DNA of 64,000 nucleotides from Lentisphaerota bacterium. GTDB taxonomy: Bacteria; Verrucomicrobiota; Kiritimatiellia; UBA8416; VGWI01. The position numbers and the translations under genes were made by a program. Shown one piece after another: positions 61,190 to 64,000 of this stretch (position 1 is the stretch's first letter; every line of letters starts with the position of its first letter). The notes beneath the pieces were generated by a model. It worked only from the letters and a program-made list of their open reading frames with translations, ran no database searches and had not been told where the DNA came from. The stretch is taken from NCBI GenBank assembly GCA_016873655.1, contig VGWI01000002.1, positions 25,357 to 89,356 on the forward strand. Direction: 5' to 3'.

Positions 61190-61294
61190 TGGCTATCCGC
61201 CTCTCCTTCTGATTCCGATGCGGACTCTCCGAACGTGCGCCAAGCAGCAGTCCACCTGCCCGATCCGCCATTCGATCACACTGTGGCATTGCAT

Positions 61295-61316
61295 TGTGCA
61301 TCGTATGTGATGCACA
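61295..61316 (+). promoter_or_regulatory. palindromic operator candidate TGTGCATC-N6-GATGCACA upstream of the antitoxin gene
   Basis: A perfect 8-bp inverted repeat 30 bp upstream of the antitoxin ATG. It is preceded by a direct repeat, GCATTGCATTG. This is typical of a type II TA autoregulation site. Confidence 0.4.
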
Positions 61317-61346
61317 CTATGACCATCAGAGACGGAGGTAAGGCCG

Positions 61347-61637
61347 ATGAAGTTCATGACAGTGAGGGAGTTCCGCCTGAACACGGGCGGCGCGCGAAAA
61401 ACCTTGGAGAAGGATGAAGACTTGGTCCTGACGTCGAACGGCCGCCCGTTCGCCGTCGTCTCGCGAGTGCACGCGGATTCGCTCGACAAGGAACTGTCTG
61501 CCATGCAAAGGGCCCGGGCACGGGTGGCCATTGACCGCCTGCGTGATGCTGCACGTGCAGACGGCTCGGATGGCATCACCATGGACGAGATAGACGGCAT
61601 CGTCCAGGGGGTGCGACAGAAGAAGGTTAGGGCGTGA
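61347..61637 (+). CDS. type II antitoxin (Phd/YefM-like)
   Basis: A 96-aa product with an SD, GGAGGT. It overlaps the downstream PIN gene by 4 nt. Confidence 0.6.
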   Translation: MKFMTVREFRLNTGGARKTLEKDEDLVLTSNGRPFAVVSRVHADSLDKELSAMQRARARVAIDRLRDAARADGSDGITMDEIDGIVQGVRQKKVRA

Positions 61638-62053
61638 GGGTTGTGCTCGATACGAATGTGCTCGTCTCTGCGCTCAAGACGCACTCCGGCAATTGCGCTG
61701 TGATCTTGGATCTGGCCGTCAGCGGAGATTTGGAGATATGCGCCGACCAAAGGATCCTGGACGAGTACGAGAGGGTTTGCGGCGAGCCCCGGTTGAGGCT
61801 CGATCAACAGGCCATCCGAACTGTTCTGGGTTTTCTGCGAACCACAGTCGAAAGAGTTGTTCCGCGTCCGCTGGATCTGGCACTTCCCGATTCCGACGAC
61901 CTGCCGTTTATTGAAGTGGCGGCACAAGCCGGGGCCGTGTTGATCACCGGCAACAAGAAACACTTCCCCGCGGACTCATGCCGCACGGTGAGCGTGTTCA
62001 ACCCGGCAGAATTCGTAGAGGTACTGCGAAAGAGCTCGGCTCCACCCCGGTGA
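61634..62053 (+). CDS. vapC: PIN-domain ribonuclease toxin (VapC-like)
   Basis: MRVVLDTNVLVSAL... The acidic residues D6, E, D and D are distributed as in PIN domains. It is 139 aa. Confidence 0.75.
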   Translation: MRVVLDTNVLVSALKTHSGNCAVILDLAVSGDLEICADQRILDEYERVCGEPRLRLDQQAIRTVLGFLRTTVERVVPRPLDLALPDSDDLPFIEVAAQAGAVLITGNKKHFPADSCRTVSVFNPAEFVEVLRKSSAPPR

Positions 62054-62162
62054 CAAGCGTCAGCCCCCGCCTGTGGCGGGGCAAGCTTCCAAGTTCACCC
62101 CGCTTTTTGGCGGGGCTGATGACAATCCTGACCGGCCTTGCCGTCGGGGCTGCTCCACGGCC

Positions 62163-62190
62163 TTGACTTGACCGCCCATTGGGGTAGCAT
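62163..62190 (+). promoter_or_regulatory. candidate sigma70 promoter for tRNA-Gly (TTGACT-N16-TAGCAT)
   Basis: A -35 TTGACT and a -10 TAGCAT, about 18 nt upstream of the mature tRNA 5' end. Confidence 0.35.
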
Positions 62191-62208
62191 CACCCAAGCT
62201 TTCCCTTC

Positions 62209-62282
62209 GCGGGCGTTGCTTAGTGGTAAAGCGTCAGCCTTCCAAGCTGATGACACGGGTTCGATTCCCGTCGCCCGCTCCA
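62209..62282 (+). tRNA. tRNA-Gly (anticodon UCC)
   Basis: The cloverleaf was folded by hand. The acceptor is GCGGGCG/CGCCCGC. The D-stem is GCTT/AAGC. The anticodon stem is TCAGC/GCTGA with loop CTTCCAA. The T-arm is ACGGG-TTCGATT-CCCGT. The discriminator is U, and CCA is encoded. Confidence 0.85.
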
Positions 62283-62456
62283 CCGAGCCAACTGCGCAAA
62301 CCGGCAAGTCTCCCAAGAATCTCGCAGACTTTTCGAGTTTCACGAGAGAACAGGCTGGATAGGAGCGATGTCATTTCACATAGTATCCATCAACAGAAGC
62401 CGCTGGCGGCTTCTCCGGTTATACCGACGGCAAAAGCATCAACAGGAGAGACGACC

Positions 62457-62558
62457 ATGGCAAAGGAACGCAGTGCCAGGAAAGAAGCAAGGAAGGCCCC
62501 GGCGATGACGATGAAGGAGAAGAGAGAAGCGAAGAAGGCCAAGAAGGCGGCGAAATAG
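62457..62558 (+). CDS. small lysine-rich basic protein (33 aa), hypothetical
   Basis: An SD, AGGAGAG, 6 nt before the ATG. The product is MAKERSARKEARKAPAMTMKEKREAKKAKKAAK. It is not in the ORF track because it is under 60 aa. Confidence 0.35.
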   Translation: MAKERSARKEARKAPAMTMKEKREAKKAKKAAK

Positions 62559-62729
62559 CCCGCCGGATCAAAGAACAAGACGGCGCGCCGAACACGTTTC
62601 GCACTGCCGGACGTTAATCCACACGCGAAGGCACGGCAAGGCGTCCCCGCCGAACCGCGGCCTTCAGGACGCCGTTCGGCCAGAGACGCTGACGGGTCAG
62701 GAACCAGCAAGGCCGGTTCGCTCCGGAGG

Positions 62730-62846
62730 TCAGGGAACCCTGGAATGCTGCTGCCTGGCGCGCTTCTCCGAGGCGGCCTTTGCCTGTTTGGCTTCCCGCT
62801 GTTTCAGGTCTTTGGCCTTGTCGTGCTTGCTTTTCTTGTCGCCCAT
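62730..62846 (-). CDS. small lysine-rich basic protein (38 aa), hypothetical
   Basis: Minus-strand ATG preceded by AAGGAG. The product is MGDKKSKHDKAKDLKQREAKQAKAASEKRARQQHSRVP. It is convergent with the 33-aa ORF. Confidence 0.3.
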   Translation of the reverse strand: MGDKKSKHDKAKDLKQREAKQAKAASEKRARQQHSRVP

Positions 62847-62932
62847 ATTGCGGCTCCTTTCCGGCGTATCGCCTGCTCTTCTCCGCTTGTCGCAATCACC
62901 TCGACGTCATCAGCCGGACCCGAATGCCGGCT

Positions 62933-63514
62933 TCAGACAAGGTCGCAGGCATCCGGCGGCATCCAATGCGCGTCCCGGTTGTTCCACTTCACGTTGCATC
63001 CGACCGGATTGGTCAGGGCAACACGCGGGGGCCGGCCGGCGAGATGATCTTCCAGCGCATTAGCCAAGTCGTTGACCTTCACCTTCGAGGAGTCGCGGGG
63101 ACTGTCCACCCCGCGGCCGGTATAGACAAGCCTGCGCCCGGCGTCGAAAACATAGAAGTGCGGGGTTCGCAGGGCGCCGTAGGCAAGCGCAACGGCCTGG
63201 CTCTCGTCGTAGAGGTATACCCACGGGAACTTGTGCTGCTTCATTCGTTCGACCATGAACTCGAACGCGTCCTGGGGATATGTCTTGCTGCTGTTCGAGT
63301 TGATGCCGACAAAACGGACGCCCAGAGGCTCAAACCGTTCAGCCGTCCGGCGAGTGATCTCGTCGGAACCCACGACATACGGGCAATGGTTGCACGTGAA
63401 GAAGACTACCAGCACTTTGGACTCGCTGAAGTCCGAAAGACTGTAAGTTCGCCCGTCCGTCGCCGGCAGCTTGAAGTCCGGCGCCCTGTCTCCCAGTTGC
63501 AGTGTAAACCCCAT
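62933..63514 (-). CDS. thioredoxin-fold thiol-disulfide oxidoreductase (TlpA/redoxin-like)
   Basis: An internal Met gives a 193-aa product, [17 protein letters not shown]...[12 protein letters not shown], a CxxC redoxin motif. Confidence 0.7.
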   Translation of the reverse strand: MGFTLQLGDRAPDFKLPATDGRTYSLSDFSESKVLVVFFTCNHCPYVVGSDEITRRTAERFEPLGVRFVGINSNSSKTYPQDAFEFMVERMKQHKFPWVYLYDESQAVALAYGALRTPHFYVFDAGRRLVYTGRGVDSPRDSSKVKVNDLANALEDHLAGRPPRVALTNPVGCNVKWNNRDAHWMPPDACDLV

Positions 63515-63906
63515 TGCCGCCTCCCCGCATGGACTGTCCACGCCCAGTCCGTTGCTCTTACCTTGCCGCGTCCGGCGGCAGAGGGCACGCGCGACCGCGC
63601 CATGTCTCCGCTCCGGACTTCGTTCAGTCCGAACCCATATACGCCTGCAACTCGGGCTTTGTCCATCATGGGTTCGTCTGTTGGCGCTAACCCGCCGCGC
63701 GGGCGGCGAGTCGAAGTTGCCTGTCCTCTCTGGCCCCACCTGCGATATGTCCCGGTTTCGGCGAGCAGAAGCCGGCCCACGCCGGAGATCTCCGGCACAG
63801 GTCTCCCGCATTGGTAACGACACAAGTGGAACAGCGTTTATTGCGGCCTTGACCCGTTCTGCGGGGCGCGTTGACAACAAGGCTGCCTGCGGCCTATCCT
63901 CGCGAC

Positions 63907-64000
63907 ATGCTGCCACAGTGGATTGTAGAGAAGAAGCGCGACGGCGGCACACTCTCCGAGGAAGAGATCCGATCCTTCATCGCCGGTTTCGCGGACGGCG
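63907..64000 (+). CDS. pyrimidine-nucleoside (thymidine) phosphorylase, N-terminal fragment (continues past window end)
   Basis: [31 protein letters not shown] matches the conserved N-terminus of DeoA/Pdp (..II.KKRDG..LS.EEI..FI.G). Confidence 0.6.
   Translation, partial: MLPQWIVEKKRDGGTLSEEEIRSFIAGFADG

Overview
This is a high-GC (about 67%) bacterial chromosomal segment that is mostly housekeeping genes. It has one accessory-looking island.

Recognisable content, in order:
- A porin gene N-terminus (partial, minus strand), a YhcH/YjgK/YiaL-family gene and an AlkD-like DNA-alkylation repair gene.
- A complete phosphate regulon super-operon, phoB-phoR-pstS-pstC-pstA-pstB-pstB-phoU, with a tandem pstB pair.
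- A polyprenyl-phosphate sugar transferase.
- A PilT-like ATPase fused to a TPR-like tail, Prc, dapF and xth.
- A rhamnose catabolic cluster (rhaA, class II aldolase, rhaB) interrupted by an opposite-strand nucleotidyltransferase gene.
- An F1-only ATP synthase cluster, atpA-atpG-atpD-atpC, headed by a methyltransferase.
- An FGE/SUMF1-domain protein with poly-proline tracts, uspA, rsgA, rpsA, tyrS and uvrA.
- A TPR protein followed by exbB-exbD-tonB-like genes.
- hisD-hisC-hisB-hisA, an M16 peptidase, comEC, ctpA and tsaD.
- A Phd/VapC toxin-antitoxin pair, tRNA-Gly(UCC), two tiny lysine-rich ORFs, a thioredoxin-like gene and the start of a pyrimidine-nucleoside phosphorylase.

The stand-out feature is a seven-gene minus-strand operon at 13818-21608. 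Every junction is a 4-nt start/stop overlap. The genes are a ChlG/DGGGPS-like UbiA prenyltransferase, a radical SAM-SPASM enzyme, a DAGK-type lipid kinase, a PurM/ThiL-like ATP enzyme, an OYE ene-reductase, an alpha-oxoamine synthase and an SDR 'epimerase-like' reductase. An FHA-sigma54 activator follows immediately. I know of no described pathway with this gene combination. I propose it is an undescribed prenylated or amino-lipid biosynthetic system.

Two near-identical 176-bp elements with terminal inverted repeats, MITE-like, sit in inverted orientation about 25.5 kb apart. A solo terminal-repeat-like remnant is also present. No CRISPR array or rRNA gene is present. Coordinates that I derived by counting bases in the printed sequence, rather than from the ORF track, may be off by 1-2 nt.
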